Positions 46,353-55,198 of a DNA stretch of 61,327 bases are shown one piece after another. Every line of letters begins with the position of its first letter. Positions within the stretch are counted from its first letter, which is position 1. A program made the translations under genes and the position numbers. The notes below the pieces were generated by a model. It ran no database searches. It was given only the letters and a program-made list of their open reading frames with translations, and was not told the origin of the DNA. The stretch is from Candidatus Sumerlaeia bacterium (GTDB lineage: Bacteria; Sumerlaeota; Sumerlaeia; SLMS01): positions 1 through 61,327 of the forward strand of contig JBBQYG010000004.1 of NCBI GenBank assembly GCA_038208905.1. The letters are read 5' to 3'.

Positions 46353-46763
46353 ATGCCGGCGGATACCTCTCCGCCGGACGAGCGCTTTCCGCGCGACCGC
46401 CGGCTCCTTTCCAAGGCTCAATTCGACGCCGTTTTCCGCGGGGGGCGCAAGGTTGTGCGCCCCTCGCTGATTCTGTTTTCACTGGCTCGCGATTCGGCGG
46501 AGCAGCATTCCCGCATCGGCCTGGCCGTCTCCCGCAAGGTGGGCAACGCCGTCGTGCGCAACCTGCTGCGTCGCCGCGTGAAGGATATCTTCCGCCGTAA
46601 CCAGCCTCGTTTCCTTCCCGCCTCTGACATTGTGGTGATTGCAAGGCCGGGGGCCGACGCGCTGTCGTTTGACGCGCTGGCAATCGAGTTCCTTGGCGCG
46701 TTTGCCCATCACGTCGAGCGCGAGGAACGCCGCCGCGCGGAGCGCCCCCCGGAACCCACCTGA
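46353..46763 (+). CDS. rnpA: ribonuclease P protein component
   Basis: RLLSKAQFDAVFRGGRKV.......F......S.IGLAVSRKVGNAVVRN.LRR..K..FR. It lies immediately downstream of rpmH. The start is the ATG at 46353. Confidence 0.85.
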   Translation: MPADTSPPDERFPRDRRLLSKAQFDAVFRGGRKVVRPSLILFSLARDSAEQHSRIGLAVSRKVGNAVVRNLLRRRVKDIFRRNQPRFLPASDIVVIARPGADALSFDALAIEFLGAFAHHVEREERRRAERPPEPT

Positions 46764-46852
46764 GGGCTTGCACCATCCGGCGGGGTCCGCCACTCTCCCT
46801 ATTCGCACGTTTCCGCGAGTGATCGCATCCGAATTGCCGGGAGAGTTTCCAC

Positions 46853-48088
46853 ATGCCCCCAACCGAGGCTGTCGCGCCCTTCATCACCGAGCCCGCCCAT
46901 CTCCTCGCGTTTCTGGCGGGGATTGTGGGGCTTGTCTTCTGGTTGTCCACCCTGCGTCCGTTCCAGACGTTCTTTCGCTACTTACCGCCGCTGATCTGGA
47001 TGTACTTCCTGCCGATGATCGCCACGACGATGGGGATCACGCCGGACGACTCACCGCTCTACAGTCCGGTGATGTCGCGCATTCTCCTTCCGGCGGTGCT
47101 GGTGCTGCTGCTGATTCCGTCGGATATCCGGGGCATCGCAAAGCTGGGACCAAAGGCAGTCCTGATGATGGTCGCTGGAACGTTCGGCATCGTTCTGGGA
47201 GCCACCGTCAGTTTCTGGATTTTCAAGGACAAGCTCCCCGAGGAATCGTGGAAGGCCGTCGCCGCGCTCTCCGGATCATGGATCGGTGGATCGCCGAACA
47301 TGACCGCCGTCATCGAGTCGCTGGACATGCCCAAGACGCTCGTCGCACCCATCGTCATCGTGGACACGGTGCTGGCCTATAGCTGGCTCGGATTGCTGAT
47401 CGCGTTAAGCGCCTACCAGCGGCAGATCGACAAGCACCACAAGGCCGACGCGCGCGTGATCGACGAACTGGCGGCGCACCTCGAAGCGGAGCAGGCCACG
47501 CAATCCCGCGCGCCGCGCACTGGCGACATTGCCATGATGGTTGGCTTGGCGCTTGTCGTCAGCCAGATTTGCATCTGGCTGGGAGGACCGATCAATTTGT
47601 TCTTCACGAAGGTGCTCGGCTTTAAGCAATTTGGAGAGGTCATCAACGCCTTCGGCTGGGGAATCCTGCTCATCACCGCCGTGGGACTCGCGCTTAGTAC
47701 CACACCGGTCCGGCGCCTCGACTTCTGCGGCGCCTCGGCTGTTGGGAACGTCGGGCTCTACCTGCTGCTCACCAGCTATGGGGCTCGGGCGAACCTGAAT
47801 GCGATCCTGGAGGCGCCGATGTTTGTCGCGATGGGGGCGGTGTGGATTGCGATTCACGTGGCCGTGCTCTATGCCGCCACCCGGCTGCTCAAGGCGCCCA
47901 TCTTCCTCGCCGCCACCGCCAGCATGGCCAACATCGGCGGCACGGCCTCCGCCCCCGTCGTCGCCGCGGCCTACCACCCGTCCATGGCCCCCGTCGGCCT
48001 CCTCATGGCCATCCTCGGCGGAGTCCTCGGCACACCCCTCGCCCTCTTCGTCGTCGCCGCCACCTGCAAGGCGATTAGTCAGGGATGA
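46853..48088 (+). CDS. DUF819 family integral membrane protein
   Basis: It has about 11 TM segments. YLPPLIWMYFLPM and ALSGSWIGGSPNM resemble the DUF819 pattern. Confidence 0.6.
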   Translation: MPPTEAVAPFITEPAHLLAFLAGIVGLVFWLSTLRPFQTFFRYLPPLIWMYFLPMIATTMGITPDDSPLYSPVMSRILLPAVLVLLLIPSDIRGIAKLGPKAVLMMVAGTFGIVLGATVSFWIFKDKLPEESWKAVAALSGSWIGGSPNMTAVIESLDMPKTLVAPIVIVDTVLAYSWLGLLIALSAYQRQIDKHHKADARVIDELAAHLEAEQATQSRAPRTGDIAMMVGLALVVSQICIWLGGPINLFFTKVLGFKQFGEVINAFGWGILLITAVGLALSTTPVRRLDFCGASAVGNVGLYLLLTSYGARANLNAILEAPMFVAMGAVWIAIHVAVLYAATRLLKAPIFLAATASMANIGGTASAPVVAAAYHPSMAPVGLLMAILGGVLGTPLALFVVAATCKAISQG

Positions 48089-48262
48089 GGGATGAAAAGC
48101 AGGGCTGAGGGATGAGGTAGGAGGTTTGAGCAACGGCAGGGGTTGGAGTTGAGGGACGCGGTGTCGCGTTGCCTACGGGGCGTCGAGCATATATATGTAT
48201 ATCATTCGCCAACCCATTCGTTGCCGTTCATCCCTCATCCCTCATCCCTGCTGATCATCCCT
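48078..48262. repeat. imperfect palindrome built from GGGATGA heptads around an AT-rich core, spanning the DUF819/proB convergent junction
   Basis: The + strand reads CAGGGATGAGGGATGAAAAGCAGGGCTGAGGGATGAGG...AACGGCAGGGGTTGG. The right arm (reverse complement of the + strand) reads AGGGATGATCAGCAGGGATGAGGGATGAGGGATGAACGGCAACGAATGGGTTGG. The core is GCATATATATGTATATCATT at 48187-48206. Confidence 0.75.
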
Positions 48263-49419
48263 TCGTTTAGAAGCACCAGGTTGTTCCGGTGCACGACCTC
48301 CTCGTAGGCGGTGCCGCCGAGCATTTCCAGGATCTCGGGACGGCGGCGGCCGCGGATGCGGTCCACGGTGACGCGGTCGTAGTTGACGATGCCGTGGGCG
48401 AGGGCGGCACCGTCGGGGGAGACGATGCGGACGACGTCGCCCTTGTCGAAGTCGCCGGTGGACTCCACGATGCCGATGGGGAGGAGCGAGCGGCCGCGCT
48501 CGACGAGCGCCGCCACCGCGCCCGCGTCGATGCGCAGATCGCCGAGCGGACGGTTATTCACCAGCCAGTGGCGGCGCCCATCGCCCGCGCGGCGGGGGCT
48601 GGTGGGAAGGAACAGGGTGCCCTCGAATTCGCCCGTCATCACGCGCTCCAGCACGCCATCCTCTGTGCCGTTCACGATCACCGTGGCGATGCCAAACTGC
48701 GTGGCATGGCGCGCTGCGGAGAGCTTGGTCGCCATGCCGCCGACGCCAAGACTGCTCCCCTCCGCGTGGACCAGTGCGTCAGTCTCCGCCGTCACGCGCT
48801 CGACCACGGGGATCACGCGTGCCTCGGGATCACAGGAGGGATTCCCGGTCATCAAGCCGGGAACGTTGCTCATAATCAGCAGGAGGTTCGCCTCCATCTT
48901 GGCGGCCACCATGGCGGAGAGCATGTCGTTGTCGCCGAAACGCAACTCGTCGATCGTGACCGTGTCGTTCTCGTTGATGATCGGGACCACGTTCTTCTGA
49001 AGCAGCGAATGCAGCGCGTGGCGCGCATTCAGATAGCGGCGGCGGTCGTCCATATCCCCGCGGTTGAGGAGCATCTGGGCCACGATCAGGCCGTGGCGGC
49101 GGAACTGGCCGCTGTAGGCCTCCATCAGCGCGCCCTGTCCGATGGCGGCGACCGCCTGAAGCTCGGGGATTTCCGTGGGGCGACGTGTCAGGCCGAGGAT
49201 CCCGCGCCCTGCGGCGACGGCGCCACTCGAGACGAGGATCACTTCGCAGCCGAGTTTCTTGATCGCGGCGACCGAATCCACCAGCGCGCCGATGCGAGCG
49301 GCGTTGAGACCGCCCTCCTTCAGCGCCAGCACGTTGCTGCCGACCTTCAGCACAACGCGGTGGGGTACCGCGCCGCGGAAGGGCCAGCGCTTGGCGACCT
49401 CCATGCTAGTCGTTGTCAC
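48235..49419 (-). CDS. proB: glutamate 5-kinase (with PUA domain)
   Basis: VVLKVGSNVL, ILVSSGAVAAG, INENDTV, FGDND.LSA and GGM.TKL are present, plus a C-terminal PUA domain (GDVV.I). Confidence 0.9.
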   Translation of the reverse strand: MTTTSMEVAKRWPFRGAVPHRVVLKVGSNVLALKEGGLNAARIGALVDSVAAIKKLGCEVILVSSGAVAAGRGILGLTRRPTEIPELQAVAAIGQGALMEAYSGQFRRHGLIVAQMLLNRGDMDDRRRYLNARHALHSLLQKNVVPIINENDTVTIDELRFGDNDMLSAMVAAKMEANLLLIMSNVPGLMTGNPSCDPEARVIPVVERVTAETDALVHAEGSSLGVGGMATKLSAARHATQFGIATVIVNGTEDGVLERVMTGEFEGTLFLPTSPRRAGDGRRHWLVNNRPLGDLRIDAGAVAALVERGRSLLPIGIVESTGDFDKGDVVRIVSPDGAALAHGIVNYDRVTVDRIRGRRRPEILEMLGGTAYEEVVHRNNLVLLNEGMISRDEG

Positions 49420-49425
49420 GCGGCA

Positions 49426-50523
49426 TCACCCACCGATGCGGAAGTTGCACACGTCCCCGTCCTGCATCACGTATTCCTTCCCTTCGACGCGCAGCTTCCC
49501 AGCTTCCTTTGCCGCCGCCATGCTTCCCGCCGCCACGACGTCGTTGTAGGCGACGACCTCGGCGCGGATGAAGAGCCGCTCGAAATCGGTGTGAATCACG
49601 CCGGCGCACTGGGGCGCCTTCCACCCGCGGATGAAGGTCCACGCGCGGACTTCCTTCTCGCCGGCGGTCAGGTAAGTGCCGAGGCCCAGAAGGTGATATG
49701 CCGCGTGAACCAGACGGTCGAGGCCGCTCTCCTTCAGGCCAAGCTCCTCCAGGAACATCGTCTTCTCCTCGCCCGAGAGCTCCGCGATCTCGCTCTCCAC
49801 CTTGGCGGAGATGGCGACCACCTCGGCCCCCATCGGCACCACGTGGGCGCGTACCGTGTTGACGAGGGGATGGTTGGACGTGTCGGCGATTTCGTTCTCG
49901 GCGACGTTGCAGACGTAGAGGATCGGCTTGGCGGTGAGGAGCTGATACGTCTTTGCCAGCGCGATCTCGTCGTCATTGGTCGCCGCCTTCAGCGCAAACT
50001 GCTCCTTCTCCAGCGTCGCGAGGATGCGCTTCTGGAACTCCAGCTCAACCTCAACCTTCTTGTCGCCGCGGGCGGCCTTGGCGGTGCGCTCGATGCGCTT
50101 CTCCATGGCGGAGAGATCGGCCAGGATCAGCTCCAGGTTGATCGTGATGATATCGTCGATCGGGTCGATCTTGCCGGAAACGTGGGTGATGTCGTCGTCC
50201 ACGAAGCAGCGGACGACCTCGATGATCGCGTCCACGTTGCGGATGTGCTGGAGGAATTGGTTGCCGAGGCCCTCTCCCTTGGAGGCGCCGCGGACGAGCC
50301 CCGCGATGTCCACGAACTCGAAGGCCGTGGGGATCGTCTTCTGGGGCTTGACCATCTTCGTCAGGATTTCAAGGCGCGGATCGGGGACCTCCACCACGCC
50401 CACGTTGGGGTCGATGGTGCAGAAGGGGTAGTTTGCCGCCTCTGCCCCCGCCGCCGTAATGGCGTTGAAGAGGGTGGACTTGCCGACGTTGGGCAGTCCG
50501 ACGATACCGGCCTGAAGGGGCAT
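49426..50523 (-). CDS. ychF: redox-regulated ATPase YchF
   Basis: MPLQAGIVGLPNVGKSTLFNAIT...ANYPFCTIDPNVG.V.VPD.RL...FVDIAGLV.GASKGEGLGNQFL..IR. I trimmed the start to the ATG at 50523. Confidence 0.9.
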   Translation of the reverse strand: MPLQAGIVGLPNVGKSTLFNAITAAGAEAANYPFCTIDPNVGVVEVPDPRLEILTKMVKPQKTIPTAFEFVDIAGLVRGASKGEGLGNQFLQHIRNVDAIIEVVRCFVDDDITHVSGKIDPIDDIITINLELILADLSAMEKRIERTAKAARGDKKVEVELEFQKRILATLEKEQFALKAATNDDEIALAKTYQLLTAKPILYVCNVAENEIADTSNHPLVNTVRAHVVPMGAEVVAISAKVESEIAELSGEEKTMFLEELGLKESGLDRLVHAAYHLLGLGTYLTAGEKEVRAWTFIRGWKAPQCAGVIHTDFERLFIRAEVVAYNDVVAAGSMAAAKEAGKLRVEGKEYVMQDGDVCNFRIGG

Positions 50524-50739
50524 GGGGGGCGAATTCTCCTGTGTCTTGCCGGCGCGCGAAAAGGCTGCGCCAAGGGCCGCGCTTTGTGGCGCGCGGTCCC
50601 GCCCCGGTGCAATGGGATAGTTCCCCGGGCGTTTTTCCGCTGGCGCGCGGGGGGGCGGCCTCCCTTCAATCGCGGGCCCTTGGGGCGCGGGGTCCACGCG
50701 GCCACCGCACGAACGACGATTCGGAAGGCACCACACACG

Positions 50740-51807
50740 ATGAACACCTACAAGATTGCGATCCTGCCGGGAGACGGCACCGGGCCCGAAGTCATGCGCG
50801 AGGGGATGAAAGTCGTCCGCGCCGCCGCCAAGAAGTTTGGCTTCGCCCTCAAGACCAAGGAATTCGACCTCGGCGGCGTCCGTTACAAGCGCACCGGCGA
50901 AACTCTCAGCGAGAAGACACTGGCGGAACTGCGCACCTACGACGCCATCTACCTCTCCGCCCTCGGCAGCCCCGAGTTCCCCGCCGGCGTCCTCGAGCGC
51001 GACATCCTCCTGCGCATGCGCTTCGAGCTCGACCAGTACGTGAATCTGCGCCCGTGCAAGCTGTATCCCGGCGTTAAGTCGGTCCTCGCGCGCAAGGGGC
51101 CGGAGCACATCGACTTCGTCGTGGTGCGCGAGAACACCGAGGGGCTCTACGCCGGCAGCGGCGGCATCCTCAAGAAGGGCACCCCCGACGAGGTCGCCAT
51201 CCAGACCAGCATCAACACGCGAAAGGGCGTCGACCGCGTTCTGCGCTACGCCTTCCGCGCCGCCCAGTCGCGCCCGCGCAAGCAGCTCCACATGGTCGGC
51301 AAGAACAACGTGCTCACCTATGCCTTCGACCTTTGGACGCGCGCGTTCGAGGAAGTCGGCGCCGAATTCCCCGACGTGAAGCGCCACTATCACCACGTTG
51401 ACGCTTGCTGCATGTACATGATCGACCAGCCGGAGATCTATGACACCATCGTCACCGACAATATGTTCGGCGACATCATCACCGACGTGGGCGGTATCAT
51501 CCAGGGCGGGCTTGGCGTCGCCGCGTCGGGAAACATCAACCCCGACAAGGGCGGTGTCTCGATGTTCGAGCCCGTCGGCGGAACGGCCCCCCAGTTCACC
51601 GGACAGAACGTCATCAACCCGCTGGCCTGCATCCGCGCCGGCGCCATGATGATGGAACACCTGGGAGAGAAGAAGGCCGCCGCCGCCATCGAGGCCGCCG
51701 TGGCCCAGGTCGCCGGAGAGCTCCCCGGCCTTGGCGTCAACCAGATGGGCATCGGCACCGACGCCGTCGGCGACCGCGTCAAGAAGCTGGTCTCTGCGAA
51801 GAAGTAG
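50740..51807 (+). CDS. leuB: isopropylmalate/tartrate dehydrogenase family enzyme
   Basis: YKIAILPGDGTGPEV, FELDQYVNLRP, VVRENTEGLY, NMFGDIITD and EPVGGTAPQF are present. The sequence alone cannot separate LeuB from a tartrate/D-malate dehydrogenase. The start is the ATG at 50740. Confidence 0.75.
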   Translation: MNTYKIAILPGDGTGPEVMREGMKVVRAAAKKFGFALKTKEFDLGGVRYKRTGETLSEKTLAELRTYDAIYLSALGSPEFPAGVLERDILLRMRFELDQYVNLRPCKLYPGVKSVLARKGPEHIDFVVVRENTEGLYAGSGGILKKGTPDEVAIQTSINTRKGVDRVLRYAFRAAQSRPRKQLHMVGKNNVLTYAFDLWTRAFEEVGAEFPDVKRHYHHVDACCMYMIDQPEIYDTIVTDNMFGDIITDVGGIIQGGLGVAASGNINPDKGGVSMFEPVGGTAPQFTGQNVINPLACIRAGAMMMEHLGEKKAAAAIEAAVAQVAGELPGLGVNQMGIGTDAVGDRVKKLVSAKK

Positions 51808-51826
51808 TCGGCACAAAGACGAATAG

Positions 51827-51866
51827 GACAAGAGCGGCCACCTCGGTCGAGGTGGCCGCTCTTGTC
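51827..51866. terminator. bidirectional hairpin between leuB-like and gap (19-nt perfectly complementary arms)
   Basis: GACAAGAGCGGCCACCTCG-GT-CGAGGTGGCCGCTCTTGTC. The right arm runs into a GTCTATAC motif copy. Confidence 0.6.
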
Positions 51867-51890
51867 TATACTGCTATACAGCGCGGGCGA

Positions 51891-52877
51891 TTAGCCCAGC
51901 TTCTTGACCAAGTCCACAATGCGGCTGGAGTAGCCCCACTCGTTGTCGTACCAGGCCAGAACCTTGACCAGGTTGCTGACGACGTAGGTGCTCTTTGCGT
52001 CAACCGTGCTGGAGGCGGGGGAGTGGTTGAAGTCCGTGCTGACCAGCTCCTCCTCGGTGTAGTCCAGGAAGCCCTTCATCGGGCCCTCTGCGGCGGCCTT
52101 CAGGATCGCGTTCACAGTGTCCCGGTCCGTCGGGGCCTTCACTTCGGCCACGAAATCGACGAGCGAGACGTTGGGGGTCGGCACGCGGACCGAGAGGCCG
52201 TCGAGCTTGCCCTTCAGGTGGGGCATCACCTCTCCGATCGCCTTGGCGGCGCCGGTGGTGGAGGGGATCATGTTGATCGCGCCGGCACGCGCGCGGCGCA
52301 GGTCCTTGTGGACGAGGTCGAGGAGCTGCTGGTCGTTGGTGTAGGAGTGGATCGTCGTCACCAGGCCCTTCACCACGCCCAGCTTGTCGTCCAGCGCCTT
52401 CACCAGCGGCGCCAGGCAGTTCGTCGTGCAGCTTGCGTTGGAGATGATCTTCGCGTCGGCGGGGATGTTGTCGCAGTTCACGCCCATTACCACGGTGTAA
52501 TCGACGCCCTTGCCGGGGGCCGAGATGATCACGCGCTTCACGCCGCCCTTCAAGTGCTTGCTGGCCGACTCCTTGTCGGTAAAGCGCCCCGTGGACTCGA
52601 TGACATACTCCGCGCCCACCTGATCGTGGGGGAGCGCCGCCGGGTCCTTCTCCGCCGTCACGCGGATCTTCTTGCCGTTCACCACGAGCGCGTTGGCCTC
52701 AACCGTCACGGTCCCGTTGAAGCGGCCGTGCACGGAGTCATAGCGCAGCAGGTGCGCGTTGGTGTTCAGGTCGGCCAGGTCGTTGATGGAAACGACGTCC
52801 AGCCCCTTCTCCAGCGCCGCGCGGAATACGAGACGGCCGATGCGTCCGAAGCCGTTGATGGCGATCTTAATAGCCAA
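51891..52877 (-). CDS. gap: glyceraldehyde-3-phosphate dehydrogenase
   Basis: IKIAINGFGRIGR, SNASCTTNCLAP and WYDNEWGYS are present. The TTG start at 52877 has GGAGGA 7 nt upstream. Confidence 0.9.
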   Translation of the reverse strand: MAIKIAINGFGRIGRLVFRAALEKGLDVVSINDLADLNTNAHLLRYDSVHGRFNGTVTVEANALVVNGKKIRVTAEKDPAALPHDQVGAEYVIESTGRFTDKESASKHLKGGVKRVIISAPGKGVDYTVVMGVNCDNIPADAKIISNASCTTNCLAPLVKALDDKLGVVKGLVTTIHSYTNDQQLLDLVHKDLRRARAGAINMIPSTTGAAKAIGEVMPHLKGKLDGLSVRVPTPNVSLVDFVAEVKAPTDRDTVNAILKAAAEGPMKGFLDYTEEELVSTDFNHSPASSTVDAKSTYVVSNLVKVLAWYDNEWGYSSRIVDLVKKLG

Positions 52878-53088
52878 ATAAGTGTCCTCCAAGAAGGGTG
52901 AGAGCGATGTAACCCGAACCAAAACCTGGGCGCCCACGTGGCCGAACAATCGTTTGCCGCCACGCGGGAAGAAGGCTGGGGAGCGGTGACGGGGGGGTCA
53001 AGGGGTAGGAGGAGTATCGCACGCCGCAACGGGAGGGTTTCCTTCTCGCCTCTCGATCAATCTCACCCCAGCTTCCAACCCATCTTCT

Positions 53089-53137
53089 GTTTGCTAGCAG
53101 CAACCCACCACCAACCCCTCACTCCAACTTCTTCGCC
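53089..53137. repeat. direct repeat copy A (degenerate copy of the rsm22-like gene's 3' end and its downstream sequence)
   Basis: GTTTGCTAGCAGC...CACTCCAACTTCTTCGCC. The 18-nt core is identical to 55250-55267 and the 13-nt left block differs by 1 nt from 55199-55211. Confidence 0.7.
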
Positions 53138-53171
53138 TGTCCATCCCCTTCCTCTCGCTCCGCCCCACCCC

Positions 53172-55118
53172 TCACAACTCAATCGCTGGCCCAAACTCCA
53201 CAATAAGTCGCACTGTCCGCGCCTCGTTCGGCGGAAGTTCGACGTCCACTTGCACGGAGACGCCCACATCGCGGGGGCCGTCGGTTCGGCCGTCGTTGTT
53301 GTCGTCATGCTGGATCGTGCCGCGGAGTTGCGGGGGAATCTGGTATCCGGCGGCGCGCAGTCCGATGGCCTCGAAGGGGGCGGTGCTGCGCCAGTAGCCG
53401 GAGGCGCCCGCGGATTCTGCGATGCCCAGGAAGTGGTGGGGCGCGCCTTCCACTTGGAAGAGCAGTCCCGAGGCGCTCTCTGGCGCGCCGTCCTTGGGAT
53501 GGTTGAAGGCCAGCAGAGCGCGCTCGCTCGGCTTGTTCGGCTTGGGCAGCAACGCCAGGCGGTCCTCGGAGGATGACGACCCCGCCGTTGTCAGATCCGT
53601 GTCGGTGAACCACACCATGCGGAGCGAGCGGGCATCGGGGCTGCTGTTGCGAAAAGTCCACGCGAGTTCGAGACGCGGGGTCTCCTCCCCGGTGAGGCTC
53701 ACGACAAGGTCGGAGGTCAGCCAGTCTGTCTTGCCATAAGCCATCCCTTCGTTGCGGATCGAGTTCGGGGTGGTGGCCACCCGGCCATCGCGGATCCCGG
53801 CGCCGCGCCCTGTTGAGTTCGCCATGTAGGCATGTTCCCCGTCATGGATGACGGCGTTCATCGAGTAGATCGTTGTACCTGCCGCCGCGTTGGCCGGCGC
53901 GAACTGGGCATCGTCTGCGCCGATGACTCCGCGGCTGGAAATCCGGTTGATCGTCACGCGCGGATCAGCACCCGCCGAGGCGAGCTGGTGCGTCGCCACG
54001 GGCATGTCGTAGGGATTCCCCAGCAGGATGTTCACGATGCCATCGCGGATGGAGTTGATCTCGGTGCGCCCCCCATTGTTGAGGAGGATGATGGCCTCGC
54101 CGGTATCGGGAAAGTGCGCGAAGTAATTGTTGAATCCCGCATAGGAGCCCGAGTGGCCCATGTAGCGCACCTTGCGGCCCTTGGAATCCTCGGCCTCGAT
54201 CACGTTCACGCCATAGCCATAGATTCCCTGCTGGCGGGTGAACATCCGGGCCTTCCATTCCTTGCCCAGCAGGACGTTCCGGCGCAGCGCCTGGTCCCAC
54301 TTCAGCATGTCATTGGCGGTCGAGTACATGGCGCCCGCCGCGCGCCAGATGGTCATGTCCTGATAGCCCACGGGCTGGTAACTCCTGGCGCTGTCGAATG
54401 TATATCCCTGCGCGCGCCGCGGCATCAGCTTTGTGTGGCTATACGCGCCGGTGTCTGCCATGCCACCGCGCAGGGAGATGCGCTCATGCACCACCTGCTC
54501 CCAAGGCTTCCCGTCGATTTCTTCCAGGATCGCCCCCAGAATATAGTAGCCGGAATTGCAATAGGAGTATCGCTCGCCCGGCTCCGACTCCAGATCGCGC
54601 GAGCAGTACGTCTCCACGAAGGGGCGCATCTCGTGGTTGAGACGGCTCGGACCCGAGAAGAAGCCGCTGAACTCCGAGTAGTCGGGAATCCCCGATGTAT
54701 GCGTCAGCAGGTGATGGATCGTGATCCGGCTGCCGGTGTCCTTTCGATACCATGGCAGGTGCTGATCGATGGTGTCTTCGGGGGTCAGCTTCCCCTCCTC
54801 GGCCATTTGCAGGATCATCAGCGCCGTGAACTGCTTGGTGATCGAGGCGAGTCGGAACTTCGTGTCCCCGTCTGGCCGGGCATCCCATTCGGCGTCGGCA
54901 TAGCCGTAGGCCTTCTCGAAGATCACGCGACCATCGCGGGCGACTATCGCCATTCCGTTGAACATCCCCTCGTTGCGATAGGCATCCATCAAACGCTCGA
55001 TGTCCGCTTTCTCCGGGGCCACGGTCGGTTCCGGCATGCCACGCGGCACGCTCTGGCAGCCGACGCCGCACCACAGAAGCATCACGACAAGCTGGCGGAT
55101 GGGAAATTGCATATACAT
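53172..55118 (-). CDS. serine beta-lactamase/PBP-family hydrolase with a C-terminal domain of about 300 aa of unknown function; lipoprotein-like signal
   Basis: The signal is MYMQFPIRQLVVMLLWCGVGCQS. FRLASITKQFTA carries the SxxK motif, and YSNSGY-like YCNSGYYIL (YxN) is present. Confidence 0.8.
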   Translation of the reverse strand: MYMQFPIRQLVVMLLWCGVGCQSVPRGMPEPTVAPEKADIERLMDAYRNEGMFNGMAIVARDGRVIFEKAYGYADAEWDARPDGDTKFRLASITKQFTALMILQMAEEGKLTPEDTIDQHLPWYRKDTGSRITIHHLLTHTSGIPDYSEFSGFFSGPSRLNHEMRPFVETYCSRDLESEPGERYSYCNSGYYILGAILEEIDGKPWEQVVHERISLRGGMADTGAYSHTKLMPRRAQGYTFDSARSYQPVGYQDMTIWRAAGAMYSTANDMLKWDQALRRNVLLGKEWKARMFTRQQGIYGYGVNVIEAEDSKGRKVRYMGHSGSYAGFNNYFAHFPDTGEAIILLNNGGRTEINSIRDGIVNILLGNPYDMPVATHQLASAGADPRVTINRISSRGVIGADDAQFAPANAAAGTTIYSMNAVIHDGEHAYMANSTGRGAGIRDGRVATTPNSIRNEGMAYGKTDWLTSDLVVSLTGEETPRLELAWTFRNSSPDARSLRMVWFTDTDLTTAGSSSSEDRLALLPKPNKPSERALLAFNHPKDGAPESASGLLFQVEGAPHHFLGIAESAGASGYWRSTAPFEAIGLRAAGYQIPPQLRGTIQHDDNNDGRTDGPRDVGVSVQVDVELPPNEARTVRLIVEFGPAIEL

Positions 55119-55198
55119 CCTCGAAGTTATTGGAAGGTGCTGGGCCGGGTCAGGAAGTGGCGAGGGGTACTACCTTCACCCGGGACGGGCAACGGCTA

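Noticed and set aside
46003-46950. 315-aa minus-strand ORF across rpmH/rnpA
   Set aside because: It is antisense to two unmistakable genes (L34 and the RNase P protein). Its Arg/Gly/Pro-rich translation is a GC artefact.
48181-48210. AT-rich core as a dif (XerC/D) site or an origin unwinding element
   Set aside because: Aligning by eye on the TGTATA centre gives very poor matches to both 11-nt arms of the E. coli dif sequence. No DnaA-box cluster or dnaA gene is nearby, and the site lies between convergent gene ends.
48289-51807. 1172-aa ORF on the + strand
   Set aside because: Its first 2.4 kb or so is antisense to the well-supported proB and ychF genes and has the Arg/Ala/Gly/Asp-rich composition of a high-GC shadow frame. 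Only the last 1068 nt (50740-51807) show homology, to the isopropylmalate/tartrate dehydrogenase family.
49426-51831. 801-aa ORF on the minus strand
   Set aside because: Only the 3' 1098 nt (49426-50523) encode YchF. The upstream extension is antisense to the leuB-like gene and has no recognisable motifs.
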